A stretch of DNA of 64,000 bases. It comes from Octopus sinensis. Its lineage: Eukaryota. Below are positions 36,700 to 50,330 of this stretch, piece by piece. Positions within the stretch are counted from its first letter, which is position 1, and each line of letters opens with the position of its first letter. The translations under genes and the position numbers were made by a program. The stretch covers positions 166,904,001-166,968,000 of the forward strand of contig NC_042997.1 in the NCBI RefSeq assembly GCF_006345805.1, written 5' to 3'. Below the pieces are notes generated by a model. It saw only the letters and a list, made by a program, of their open reading frames with translations. It ran no database searches and was not told where the DNA came from.

Positions 36700-36900
36700 T
36701 AAGAAAGCTTCTATGTGTGCATTCGACCTGCTAGAAATAGCAGACAAAAGCATTCAGATTGTATGCCACTACCGTCTTAAAGCAGGAAACGTCAGATTTG
36801 ATAACGTAGTCCTTACAAAAAAGGGGAAGGGACGATCAAATTTGGACTGCCTTTGATCATAGGGCTTCTCGATCAGATATAATTTTGGGCTAAGCACCGA
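36700..36900 (+). mobile_element. Dispersed family D, best-preserved copy
   Basis: ttcgacctgctagaaatagcagac ... ctaccgtcttaaa ... gataacgtagtcc ... gcctttgatcatagg ... gggctaagc. Confidence 0.7.
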
Positions 36901-36920
36901 TAGCGGCAATAGTAGTAAAA

Positions 36921-37010
36921 AAAAAAGTGACACCACCATCACCGCCGCCGCCATTACCATCACCATCACCACCGCCGCCGCCACCGCCGCCACCGCCGCC
37001 ACCGCCGCCA

Positions 37011-37042
<32 letters not shown>

Positions 37043-37200
37043 ACCAATACTACCACCACCACCACCACCCCACCACTACCGCCGCCGCCACAACCGACCG
37101 CCGCCACCACCACCACCACCACCACCACCACCACTACCACCACCACCACCACTACTACCGCCGCCGCCACTACTTCTACAAGAACGACAGCAACTACAAC
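36921..37200. repeat. Compound GC-rich trinucleotide repeat (CAC/CGC/CAT/TAC)
   Basis: Directly visible; source of the polyPro, polyVal and polyAla ORFs. Confidence 0.95.
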
Positions 37201-37590
37201 TACGTTAGTTATACAAACTGTGACACAGGCACACAACTTCAGCAATCGCAGTAGTAATATAAACAGAGACACCACTTCCGCAACCAGAACAACAAGTGAA
37301 ATAGTGTAAACCTCTAGTTATGCTGTAAAAATATAACAATAACAATATTTCTATAGACAAACTATAAAAATAAGAACAATAACCAATGAACAACTGCTAA
37401 AACAGAAACGCATAAAAATATAATCCGGTTCGGAACAGTAAAATATCTTGTGAGATTATACATCGACATGTGGACGTAGTCTACCACAAAAGAAATACGA
37501 CAAATATTGCTTTGTGGTAAACTAGGTGTAGCTTCTGAATACATGTCTGCCCTCTCTGCACCATCTCATGATCCTCCTCCACATAACAGA

Positions 37591-37593
<3 letters not shown>

Positions 37594-37634
<41 letters not shown>

Positions 37635-37654
37635 TAATAATAATAATAATAATA
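37594..37654. repeat. (AAT)n microsatellite
   Basis: Near-perfect array abutting a SINE tail. Confidence 0.95.
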
Positions 37655-37870
37655 TATTTCTTTATTGCCCACAAGGGACTAAACATAGAGGGGACAAACA
37701 AAGACAGACAAAGGGATTGAGTCGATTACATCGACCCCAGTGCGTAACTGGTACTTTATTTATCGACCCCGAAAGGATGAAAGGCAAAGTCGACCTCGGC
37801 GGAATTTGAACGCAGAACGTAACGGCAGACGAAATACGGCTACGCATTTCGCCCGGCGTGCTATAGCTTC
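37655..37870 (-). mobile_element. Family A SINE monomer
   Basis: Near-consensus core and tail; head end degenerate. Confidence 0.93.
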
Positions 37871-38999
37871 AGTACCAGATACATGGCTGACGTTGCTGTC
37901 AGAACGTAAAAGGTGAGAACAAATACCGCAAGGAACCCTATCCAAAGCTCTCTAAGATTTTAGCCAATCTATTACCTTGGATTGGTCCTTTATTTATCAA
38001 CCCTCAAAGGCATGAAAGATAAGTTTACACGGCAGAATGTGAAGTCAGAAACGAGAGAACCGGAATAAATACCGAAGGGTATACTATCCGACGCTCTAAC
38101 GATTCTGCTTATTGGCGGTAGAAATATCAGTAATGATAACATCAACAAAGGCGTCCTCAGAAGCAAAACCAGTCACATCAAGAATACTAATGTCACCAAC
38201 ATGAGCCAATGATAGAGCCTTCGCCTTGTACGAAATGCTAGAAACAGCAGTCAAATTCCCCCTAAATCACATCCTATAATGTATTAAATGGACACATTGG
38301 ACTATGTTGTCCAGAACAGATTATTCAAAAAGAAATGACGATACAGTTGTGGCTGGTTGATATTTGATCATACACGTCTGTTCAATAAATATTGAGCTGG
38401 TGTTAAACAGTGGTAAAAAAAACCCGAAAAAAACAAAACAAGCAAAAACGAAACAAAACACGAATTTGATCTCTCATTCCACTCTAAAACATAAATCTCT
38501 TGTTCCCTATTGTTAATCCATCTCTCTTGTGATCTCTTTATTACAACATATTTCTGAAATGTCTGTTCTTGAGTAGAATCTTTTCTCTCTACCATTAACT
38601 TCTTCGTCAGACCTCAGTTGCAAAGGTTTTCTGTCAATTTTCCTATTCTTCTGCTGCTCTTCAAACACCTTCAGCAGTTATCTCTTTCTCGTTCTACAGA
38701 AAGGACAACTATAAAATTGTCGTCTAGCTCTGAAGTAATTTAAGTAATTATAGTCGGTGACTTCAGTATAGAGATCCTGTTTGGATGTTTATAGTCCTAT
38801 CCTGAACTGCCAGATTCAGTTCCAGTTTCTCAAATAAAATATTTCGCACCACTACTCATACTATGAGAGGCAACGCTTCAGATCTTTCCTTCATATTTCT
38901 CTGAAATGTGAGTTTTAGAATTAGTTCAAATCCTCACCAAACTTTTAATCTTACTCTTTTTTTCACGGGAATATATCTAAATTTGTGGAGACATGTTAC

Positions 39000-39790
39000 A
39001 GTGCAACACATCTCTTTAGATCTGCCTACAACCAAATTATCACCCTCATTTCCAACAGCTCAAAATTGAAGTAGAAGATCCTAAACAAGTCCCCACTTCA
39101 TCACTTAGAACATTTGAATAACAGATAGTTAGCACCATTCCGAGTTCAGTAAAGCCATGCCTGGTATAGTAAATTCTGGGCAATTTAACTAGAAAGCCTC
39201 TTCTTTAACCTTCTGTACACTAAACGCCATCCACACGTAGCGTAAACTGCCTGACGCCAGATCTACTCTGCCCCAATAATCAGTCTCGAAAAATTCTTCA
39301 TTGGACCATGACAACATACTCAGCTTCAACAGTACATATTGATCTTGAACAATACAGGAAGTTGTTACAAGTGCTAGAATTTACCTTGTGGTATTTTTTC
39401 TAGACACAATGACATTGCCAAAGACTGCATCATAAAAACTTCAAACTTGATCCGACCTACGTATTTCGAGCGTAACTCAACGGTGATACTGCTATACCTA
39501 AGGCCATCCTAGACTATATACAAATGAAGGCCATTTGGCTGTTGTATAACCACTGCTCCATAAATATGTTGTTTCTCATGTCTATTACTTTCTGTCGATA
39601 ATACAGCAAACACTGCTACTCTGAACTAACGAAGCTACATAACACTTTCTGGTCCAGTTTGCATGATGCAACCGCTTTCTCTTCGTCCCAGTTATGTCCA
39701 ATCTTTTGTTTCTAGAACTGCAAAACTCTGGAATTCACCTTCCCACAAAAATTTATTCCCTTAGCAAACTGAACGTAAACTGCATGAATT
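39000..39790 (+). pseudogene. Decayed CR1/Jockey-like LINE 3' region
   Basis: Frames give DIAKTAS*KL and QSFVSRTAKLWNSPS, matching the SFFPRT..LWNSLP C-terminal motif; the upstream boundary is uncertain. Confidence 0.7.
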
Positions 39791-40347
39791 TCACTACATT
39801 AGCGAGGCCAACCGAAGTAATGTCACTGCCGATTGCCCCTCTGACTAATTCATAATAAAATATAAATAAAACAAGAAAAACCCACAGACGTGAGAATCGC
39901 TACCACCTTTACCGCTTCACCGCCAGTACTAACAAAACGCCAACAAAAGCCGACAAAGGAATGCCTGTGTTGTTTCTTGATCTGCAAGAAATAGCAGTCA
40001 AATCTCTCTTTATTCACACTACATTTTGTCTTTAAAAATGAAGTACATGTTGAATGATCATAAGTCTCCTGGGTCTGAGCTAAACTGGAGCTAAACAAAC
40101 AACAACCACCGCTACTTACAACAGCAATACAGTCACTACTATCACACATTACAAGTATAAAGCCCCCCCCCCAAACAACAACGAACCAACGTGTGAGCTT
40201 CTGCCCAATCATTCGACTTGCTGAAAAAAGCAGTCAAATCCCCTCCAACCACACTACCGATTTAGGAGAAAAACTATTTGGATATAATGATTTGGTCATG
40301 GGTGGAGCGTTTTGATGTTGATTCTATTCAGAGTTAACCTAGGCCCA

Positions 40348-40382
<35 letters not shown>

Positions 40383-40460
40383 CAACATAACAACTAGTGT
40401 CATAATAGTACTGACAACATCAACAACTTCTACAACTGCTGCTGCTGCTGCTGCTGCTAT

Positions 40461-40492
<32 letters not shown>

Positions 40493-40644
40493 TACTACTT
40501 CAGATAAATGAACATTAGAACTAGTATCATCATACCACCGACAAAATAACCACTGCTGAAAGACCAAAAAAAAAAAGCTTCAACTGTCACATACAATCAA
40601 GGATGACTTGGCTGCATGTATCGTGCCTTCGCTAATTACTTTAG

Positions 40645-40731
40645 GTGCCTATGTAGTCGCGATCAGTCACAGACGCCCGCTCAGCTCTCTCAGTTTTGGC
40701 CCAGTGAAACAACCAGCATGTAACAAGTGGG
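40645..40731 (+). CDS. Candidate phase 1/1 exon AYVVAISHRRPLSSLSFGPVKQPACNKW
   Basis: gctaattactttag branch plus acceptor; GG|gtaaaa donor; 87 nt open. Confidence 0.2.
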
Positions 40732-40747
40732 GTAAAATACTTTGATG

Positions 40748-40890
40748 AAGACATTTATTTATACATCCTGAAAAGATGAAAGGCAAATTGGATCTCAGCG
40801 GGATTTGAAATCGGCACGCAGGAAGCCGGAACAAACGCCATAACGCATTTTATCCGATGCTCTTATGCCTTCGCCAATCAACCGCCTTAA
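40748..40890 (-). mobile_element. Old family A SINE, partial
   Basis: aaagatgaaaggcaaattggatctcagcgggatttgaa core remnant. Confidence 0.7.
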
Positions 40891-41509
40891 CTGAGAGATC
40901 GTACCACCACTAAAAAGTAAAAAAAAAAAAAAAAAAAAGAGAAGTAACAACGTTTATAGTATTAATATTCCCACGAACAATTATATAACACAAACAAAAC
41001 TTTGGGCCCCAACCAGCAACAACTACCTTCTAGCATCATCATAGCATCACTACCACTCAAAACCATCGGCATCGTAATCACTAAAAACACCAAACACCAA
41101 TAACAACAAACACCAGCATGGTTTAATATGCCCACCAAAAACGACGCCATATTGTCTCCAGTAACGACTGGTATTTTACTCCCCCAACTCCTACCTATCT
41201 CAACTCATTTTACTGAAACTTTCTCAATAGGGGGCGATGATGCAGTTGTTTGTTTTTGTATATGTTATCGTCATTGCTGTTGTTGTCGTTGATTTTGTGA
41301 TGTTTTTTTTTTGATATTGCTGTTTTTGTTATTGTCGTCGTCGTCGTCGTCGTCTTAGGCATGAACGTGGAGATGATGTTACAGAAGACTTTAGACATTG
41401 CCTAACACACATTTAATAGTTTGCTTAAAACTCGAATATTAATACAAGCCCCAGACCAATCCTGACATATTAAGATATAGTCTCACATAAACACAAGCAC
41501 ACCCACCAC

Positions 41510-43410
<1,901 letters not shown>

Positions 43411-43673
43411 CCCACACACACTCATTCACATACACATGCATGTTTGTATGCAAATCCTTCATTACCAAATCGAAGGAAAGATAGATCACGGTACCGAAGT
43501 TATAATGTACCTTGTTTACGAAATCCGCTACTTCACATTTTACAATTTACGATTTTGTGCATTCGTGCCTCGAGGAAAATATTTCGTCTGTGTGGCGGTG
43601 ACGTAAAACACTGGCTTTCGATCAACACAAGCATACATACACACACACACACACACACACACACCACACACAC

Positions 43674-43707
<34 letters not shown>

Positions 43708-43708
<1 letters not shown>

Positions 43709-44045
43709 TTTACTTGTTTCAGCCATTAAACTGTAGCCATGCTGGTGCACCGCCTTGAAGAATTTTTAGTCCAATGTATCGACCTCAGTAGTTATTTTTA
43801 AAACCCGATACTTATTCAATCGGTCTCCTTTGCCGAACCGCTAGGTTACGGTGACGTTAGCACTCTAGCACCGGTTGTCAAGCGGTGATGGAGGTAAGAA
43901 ACACAGACACAAAGGAACACACTCACAAGCACCCACACATACATATTTATACGACGGGCTTCTTTCAATCTACCAAATCCACTCACAAGGCTTTGGTCGG
44001 CCAGAGACTAAAGTAGAAGGCACCTGCCCAAAGTTCCACGCAGTG
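43708..44045 (-). mobile_element. Family B SINE, head truncated
   Basis: ccatgctggtgcaccgcc tail, gccgaaccgctaggttacgg body, ctaccaaatccactcacaagg. Confidence 0.85.
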
Positions 44046-44498
44046 GATATGTGTATACGCACACAAATGTGTGCTGAATGTGCGTTTGTGCGTATGCCTC
44101 GCATCTGTAAAACTCACAATGTTCAAAACTAACAACAACAAAACATTAACCAACATATATAGCAACTTTGTAAAACTTATATCCTGAATATAAAAGAAAC
44201 TCATTAAGATAATTAAAGTTAGAAGTAGAACAACCGCAAAATTTACTAGGACGGTTACAACATACAGAGACTATAAACAAAAGAATGAAGAACGAAAGCA
44301 TATTCCCTATAAATATGGAATGTTCCATCTTCTGCTGCCTGATGGGATATCTTCGATGTTTTGACATCAAAAACAGGCTGACTGAATCTGGCAGCGTCAA
44401 CAGCGTCAAAAGAATAAAACAAAAACTTATTAATGTTGAAATAGAAAATTACTATTTGTAAATCCCTCAACGAGAGACATTCTGTAACAGTACTCTAG

Positions 44499-44697
44499 AG
44501 TAAAGATTATTTGCCAAATTAACACGGCAGTCCTGACAAGGACGAATGTTACTGCTATACGGTACTGGCTATACGTTACTGGCTATTCGACCCTAATGTG
44601 TCGTATAGCTAGATGGAGACGATGTTTCCTGGGGTTAAATAGCAGTAACATTCGTCCTTGCCAGGAATGTCACGTATGTTGGCAAATAATCTTTACT
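44499..44697. mobile_element. MITE-like fold-back element with ~60-bp inverted arms
   Basis: agtaaagattatttgccaa and cctgacaaggacgaatgttactgctat (44499-44558) pair with 44639-44697. Confidence 0.8.
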
Positions 44698-45079
44698 ACT
44701 TAATGCTGCCTGGGAACATAGAAAAGAAATTCGTTTCATTTTATGTGTATTCAAAAAAATATATAAAATGAAAATTATGAAACATATAAAACTAAAATTA
44801 AAGGAAAATATTGACATGTCTAGAAGTAAAACACTATGCCCCAGGGAGTCACAGCGTGAGAGCTCCACCACCCGTTTAGCATGGTGATCAAGGTCGAAAA
44901 CAAAGCTAACAACCATAACGGAAGTGACGAAAGGGGAATGAGATGCAGTTAACAACGAGAAGTGATGATCATTGGATATAAGAAGAACCCGTGTCAACCA
45001 CTGAGAGTGGGAGACGTAAATTATATGATTTGAGGGAAGCTGGTTGGTATTTCCAGCTGATCAATAAGCATACATTTAC

Positions 45080-45261
45080 ACCACACACACACACACACAT
45101 ATATATATGCGTGTGTATGTGTGTGTGTGTGTGTATGCATGCGTGTGTGTGTGTGCGTGTGGTGTGTGTGTGTGTGTGTGTGTGTGTGTGCAACTGTATG
45201 CGTGTAAGAGAATACACAATACTGAAAACTGTCATATAGTTTATAGGAAATCTAATTTTAC

Positions 45262-45313
<52 letters not shown>

Positions 45314-45327
45314 GCTATCTATCTCTA

Positions 45328-45370
<43 letters not shown>

Positions 45371-45495
45371 TCTATCTATCTGTCTGTCTATCTGTCTGTC
45401 TGTCTGTCTATCTATCTGTCGTCTGTCCTGTCTGTCTGTCTGTCTGTCTGTCTGGCTGTCTGTCTGTCTGTCCGTTCCGTCTGTCTGTCTGTCTG
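45080..45495. repeat. (TG)n, (TCTA)n grading into (TCTG)n
   Basis: Directly visible. Confidence 0.95.
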
Positions 45496-45773
45496 AATGT
45501 ATGTATGTATAATATGTAGTATAAGAATGTTAAAAGAATTTTATCACAAAAATTAGCGACATCGTGCGTGCACGCTAGTGTTTATAACCATCTGATAACC
45601 ATCTAACAATAATTAAAAACACACACACACACACATGTACACATACACACATATGCACGCATACACACACGTGCGCGCGCGTCACACACACACACACTGA
45701 TGCAAACACACATACACACGAGTGAGCACGCACTAACACACGCACACACATGGAGAAATCGAGAGGAGTGACA

Positions 45774-45824
<51 letters not shown>

Positions 45825-46597
45825 GGAGTGAGAGACAGATAGAGGAAAGAAGCAGAGAAAGAGACAGGAAGTAAGCAAGAGTGAGAGAAAGAGAGGAAAA
45901 AAAGAAGTAGCAACAAGAGGAAAGGGAAAAAAGTGGTAGGTGGAAAGAGAGAGAGAATGGGGTGAAACCTTATAAAGTATAAAGAAGAAAAGGCAGATCG
46001 AGGGAGTGTGAATAGAAAAGAGGAAGAGGGAGAGAGAGAGGGGGAGACAGGGAGAAAGACAGAGGAAGAGAGAAAACGGGGCGAATCAACTATTTCCTGT
46101 ACAGATGCAGAAAGGACCAAATTTCAATGCGAAACTAAATGTCAACGACGTAATTGTTTACTCAGGATTTAGCAACATTCCCGTTCAGGTAGATGGAGTC
46201 TTGTTTTTATAAAGGGGAAACCACAAATACAACTTTGGGTGTGATACAAAGGGACTGTAAATCATCAGATCCTTAACAATAACCAGTAATAATAAACAAG
46301 AAACATTAGTACTATGAAAGAAATGGAATCTTTACTATATATGTTAAAGGAAAACTATTTTAAACTACGATGAATTACTTGTCAATCCAGCGGGGAAAAA
46401 CAGCCTTGAGAATTTGAGCCAGTGAGGGAGAAATACGTTGTCATTTGATCTGTTAGAAATTACAATAACTCTTCATCAAATCACATTTTGTTGTAAATAT
46501 GAGGAGGGTACCTTTGAGATTGTCCTTAGGCAAAAGTTTTGCAATATTTTGGTAACTTGTTTGCTTGTTCGTCAAGTTACAACAAAAGCAGAGTAGT

Positions 46598-46790
46598 ATT
46601 CAGAGTAGAGGCTTTCGTGTTGCACTATCTCAAGCTGCCTTTCTGCCAGTTCTTTGATCCCACGCTGATACTAGTTCTTGTCATTCGAGGCGAAGAACTT
46701 CACTGAAGCTTCCACCTCCTCCTGCTTGATGAAGTGTTGCAAGCGCAGGAAGTGAATCATGGATCGGAACAGGTAACAATTAAGGGAGAT
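46598..46790 (-). pseudogene. Mariner (DD34D) transposase C-terminal fragment
   Basis: YLFRSMIHFLRLQHFIKQEEVEASVKFFASNDKN*YQRGIKELAERQLEIVQHESLY. Confidence 0.85.
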
Positions 46791-46795
46791 ATTTC

Positions 46796-47045
46796 CGCAA
46801 TACTAACATACACAAGAAGTGGCTAGACAAAAAGCCAGCTTACGCAACATGGATGTTTGGAACACAAGGTAGATACTCTGGGGGAATTATGTGGTGATAA
46901 TTCACTACAATTCGTTTCGAACATTCGAACCATCGATGCTAACCTGTACTTCGAACAGCTGGAGCGGATGTAAGCCATCGTTCGGCAAGAATACTCGGCA
47001 TGGAGTATTCTTTTATGCAGTAAGACAACGCAAGACCTCTGCATT
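46796..47045 (+). pseudogene. Mariner transposase central fragment, opposite orientation to its C-terminus
   Basis: NIHKKWLDKKPA, VIIHY, RTIDANLYFEQLERM and *DNARP motifs with frameshifts. Confidence 0.8.
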
Positions 47046-47071
47046 TCAGTTGACAAAAAGTAGGGAATTGT

Positions 47072-47680
47072 AAGGCGGCGAGCTGGCAGAAAGGTTAGCG
47101 TGCCGGGCGAAATGCCTAGCGGTATTTCGTCTGCCGCTACGTTCTGAGTTCAAATTCCGCCGAGGTCGACTTTGCCTTTCATCCTTTCAGGGTCGATTAA
47201 ATAAGTACCAGTTACGCATTGGGGTCGATATAATCGACTTAATCCGGTTGTCTGTCTTTGTTTGTCCTCTCTGTGTTTAGCCCCTTGTGGGTAGTAAAGA
47301 AATAGGTATTTCGTCTTCCGTTACGTTCTAAGTTCAAATTCCACCGAGGTCGACTTTGCCTTTCATCCTTTCGGGGTCGATAAATTAAGTCCCAGTTACG
47401 CACTGGGGTCGATGTAATCGACTTAATCCGTTTGTCTGTCCTTGTTTGTCCTCTCTGTATTTAACCCCTTGTGGGTTGTAAAAGAATAGAAATAGGTATT
47501 TTGTCTGCCGTTACGTTCTGAGTTCAAATTCCGCCGAGGTTGACTTTGCCTTTCATCCTTTCGGGGTCGATAAATTAAGTACCAGTTACGCACTGGGGTC
47601 GATGTAATCGATTTAATCCGTTTGTCTGTCCTTGTTTGTCCCCTCTATGTTTAGCCCTTGTGGGCAATAAAGAAATAAGA
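47072..47680 (+). mobile_element. Family A SINE trimer
   Basis: Units restart at gtatt at 47306 and 47496. Confidence 0.96.
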
Positions 47681-48774
47681 AAATAGGAGATGGTGATGTT
47701 CATGCCTCTTCCATTAGCTACATATTTCCAGTAAAACGGCTGCAACAAAGAAATTAAAATGGCTTGCGGCAAGCCCAATAGCGCTCGCTACACACTCCAG
47801 CGAAATATTGTGATTATCTTTGGTACTAAAACGCTTACAAGAGGAATAAGCTAGATGACACTCCATGAACATTTTCGAAGAGCATTAACAGTAACACAGT
47901 ACTTAACGTAAACAGCTTCAGCTATGAACTGAAACTGTTAACGATTCCGTTTGCGGAGTGCTTATCTCTTATGCAATGTATATGGTCTACCTATAATAAG
48001 ATCTATATACATACACTTATAGCAGTAGGACGCAATTGATCACTTATTTCCGTTCAGACTACATTATCCTCTCTGTCCTACCATCATTAATATAACAGGG
48101 TTCGATTTTGGGAAGATTTACCGGCTGACCCTATAGAGAGGCCTTTATTGGCTTGCCACTACGAGAGTCGGCCTAAGTTCAAAGGCGTTCCAGTCATGAC
48201 CATTTTCTAATGTATCTTTAATAATCTTTAATAATAGTGTGAGTTGAGGGAAATTTGACTACTATTTCTAGCTGGTCAAGCGACCACATAAAAGCTGTCT
48301 CATTGACTTGAGTAACATATATCAACCGAATTTGTTTACTAAGACATAGATTTTCGTAAAAACTGTAGCGATCAGATGTGATATACATCAAGTATTAAAT
48401 CGGCACATAATTCGCCCTTAGTTTTTTGGGGTTTTTTTTCCTCCAAATTTAAGATATTTATATGTCACATTTTAATCTGTCTTATATAGTACACATTAAG
48501 ATAAGGGATTTCAATCCTAAATATTTTTATAGACATTGAGATGTATACATTTCTGCATATGATCTGTTAACATGGGAAAGCTAGCAAACTAGCGACAGAC
48601 TAAATGCTGAGATAGCAACACTGAAAGTGATCAAATAATGTTGAACAAGAAGGGCCAAACTGGTGGAAAGGAATTCTTCCAACTGCGAGCAGTTTAAAAA
48701 GTTTTATGTTATGCTAAGCATAAAAACGATAATATCAAAAGTATATGCGCGCATGTGTGTGTGCGAGTGAGTGT

Positions 48775-48850
<76 letters not shown>

Positions 48851-48851
48851 A

Positions 48852-49525
48852 TTCTTTTACTTGCTTCAGTCATTTGATCGCGGCCATGCTGGAGCAGGGT
48901 CTTTAGTCGAACAAATCGACCCTCAGGACATATTTTATCGGTCTCTTGTGTCGAACCGCTAAGTTACGGGGACGTAAGCATTCCAACAATTGGTTGTCAA
49001 GCGATGGTGGGGGGGGGGACAAACACAGACACACAAATACATACATAAACACACACACACACATATACATACATACATATATATATATATGACTGGCTTT
49101 TTCAGTTTCCGTCTACCAAATCCATTCAAAAGGCTTTGGTCAGTCCGAAGCTATAGTAGAAGACACTTGCCCAAGAAGTCATGCAGTGGACTGAATCCGG
49201 AACCATGTGGTTGGGAAGCGAGCTTCTTACCACACAGCCACTCCTGCGCCTGTCATTGGACTGCCTTGGAGGGTTTAGTCGAACAAATTGACCCTAGTGC
49301 TTATTTTGTAAAGCTTGGTACTTATTTTGTCAGTGTCTTTTGTCGAACCGCTAGGTAACTCTGACGCAAATGAATCAATACCACCTGTGAAGAGGAGAGT
49401 GACAAATACACACACACGTAGGTATATATATATAGCTTACAGTTTCCACCTGCTAAATCCATTCACAATGCTTGCGTGGGGTGGGGGCCAAGGTGTCACA
49501 CTGCGAGACTGAACCCAAGATTACA
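48852..49525 (-). mobile_element. Two adjacent family B SINEs
   Basis: Full copy 48852-49250 and an older degenerate copy 49255-49525. Confidence 0.85.
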
Positions 49526-49621
49526 TAGCTGGGAAACAAATGCACACACGCTCGCACACACACATACATGCATGTATAGGCCCCACAGAGATTATTTTGT
49601 AGAAATAGGTCTAATAGAGAG

Positions 49622-50330
49622 AAGGCGCATGGCTCAGTGGGTAGAGTGTCGGTCTTACAATCGTGAGGTTGTGAGTTCGATTCCCAAACCGGGATGTGTG
49701 TTGTGTTCTTGAGTAAGACACTATATTTTCAAGTTCACTCAGCTTTAGAAATGATTTGCGACGTTACTGATGTCAAACTGTATCGGCCTTTGCCTTTCCC
49801 TTGGACAACATTGATGGCGTTAACACGTCGGGCAGAATGCTTAGCGGTATTTCGTCTGCCGCTACGTTCTGAGTTCAAATTCCGCCGAGGTCGACTTTGC
49901 CTTTCATCCTTTCGGGGTCGATTAAATAAGTACCAGTTACGCACTGGAGTCGATATAATCGACTTAATCCGTTTGTCTGTCCTTGTCTGTGCTCTCTGTG
50001 TTTAGCCCCTTGTGGGTAGTAAAGAAACAGGTATTTCGTCTGCCGTTACATTCTGAGTTCAAATTCCGTAGAGGTCGACTTTACCTTTCTTCCTTTCAGG
50101 GTCGATGAATTAAGTATCAGTTGCATACTGGGGTCGATCTAATCGATTGGCGCCGTCCCCAAAATTAGGCCTTTTGCTTTGAGTAGAAAAGAACATTGAT
50201 GGCGTGAAGAAGGAAGGCTGGTATGCACAGGCCACTGCTGGTCTTCCACAAAGCAACCTTGCCTCAGAAGTGAACTTCCTAGGGGCGAACTTCCCATGGC
50301 TAGCTGTGGCCGAAGAAGCTCTTTAATCTT
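49622..50330 (+). mobile_element. tRNA/CORE-like SINE (family F) interrupted by a family A dimer
   Basis: Head ggcgcatggctcagtgggtagag and gtgttcttgagtaagacac block; body resumes at 50206. Confidence 0.8.
49821..50191 (+). mobile_element. Family A chimeric dimer (young-tail unit plus old-tail unit), 5'-truncated
   Basis: 14-bp TSD aacattgatggcgt at 49807-49820 and 50192-50205. Confidence 0.93.

Noticed and set aside
36927-37208. Polyproline ORF resembling formin or extensin
   Set aside because: Product of the trinucleotide mosaic; no flanking domain or splice support.
47072-47680. Regularly spaced repeats suggesting CRISPR
   Set aside because: Units are ~185-bp SINE bodies without unique spacers; eukaryotic context; no cas genes. 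The same applies to 52661-53146.
47685-47745. Minus-strand acceptor followed by PFYWKYVANGRGMNITIS
   Set aside because: No credible donor before the frame enters a SINE.
49623-49700. tRNA-like sequence (also 53952-54020 and other SINE heads)
   Set aside because: No proper acceptor-stem closure, and the sequence continues into SINE bodies; SINE heads, not tRNA genes.
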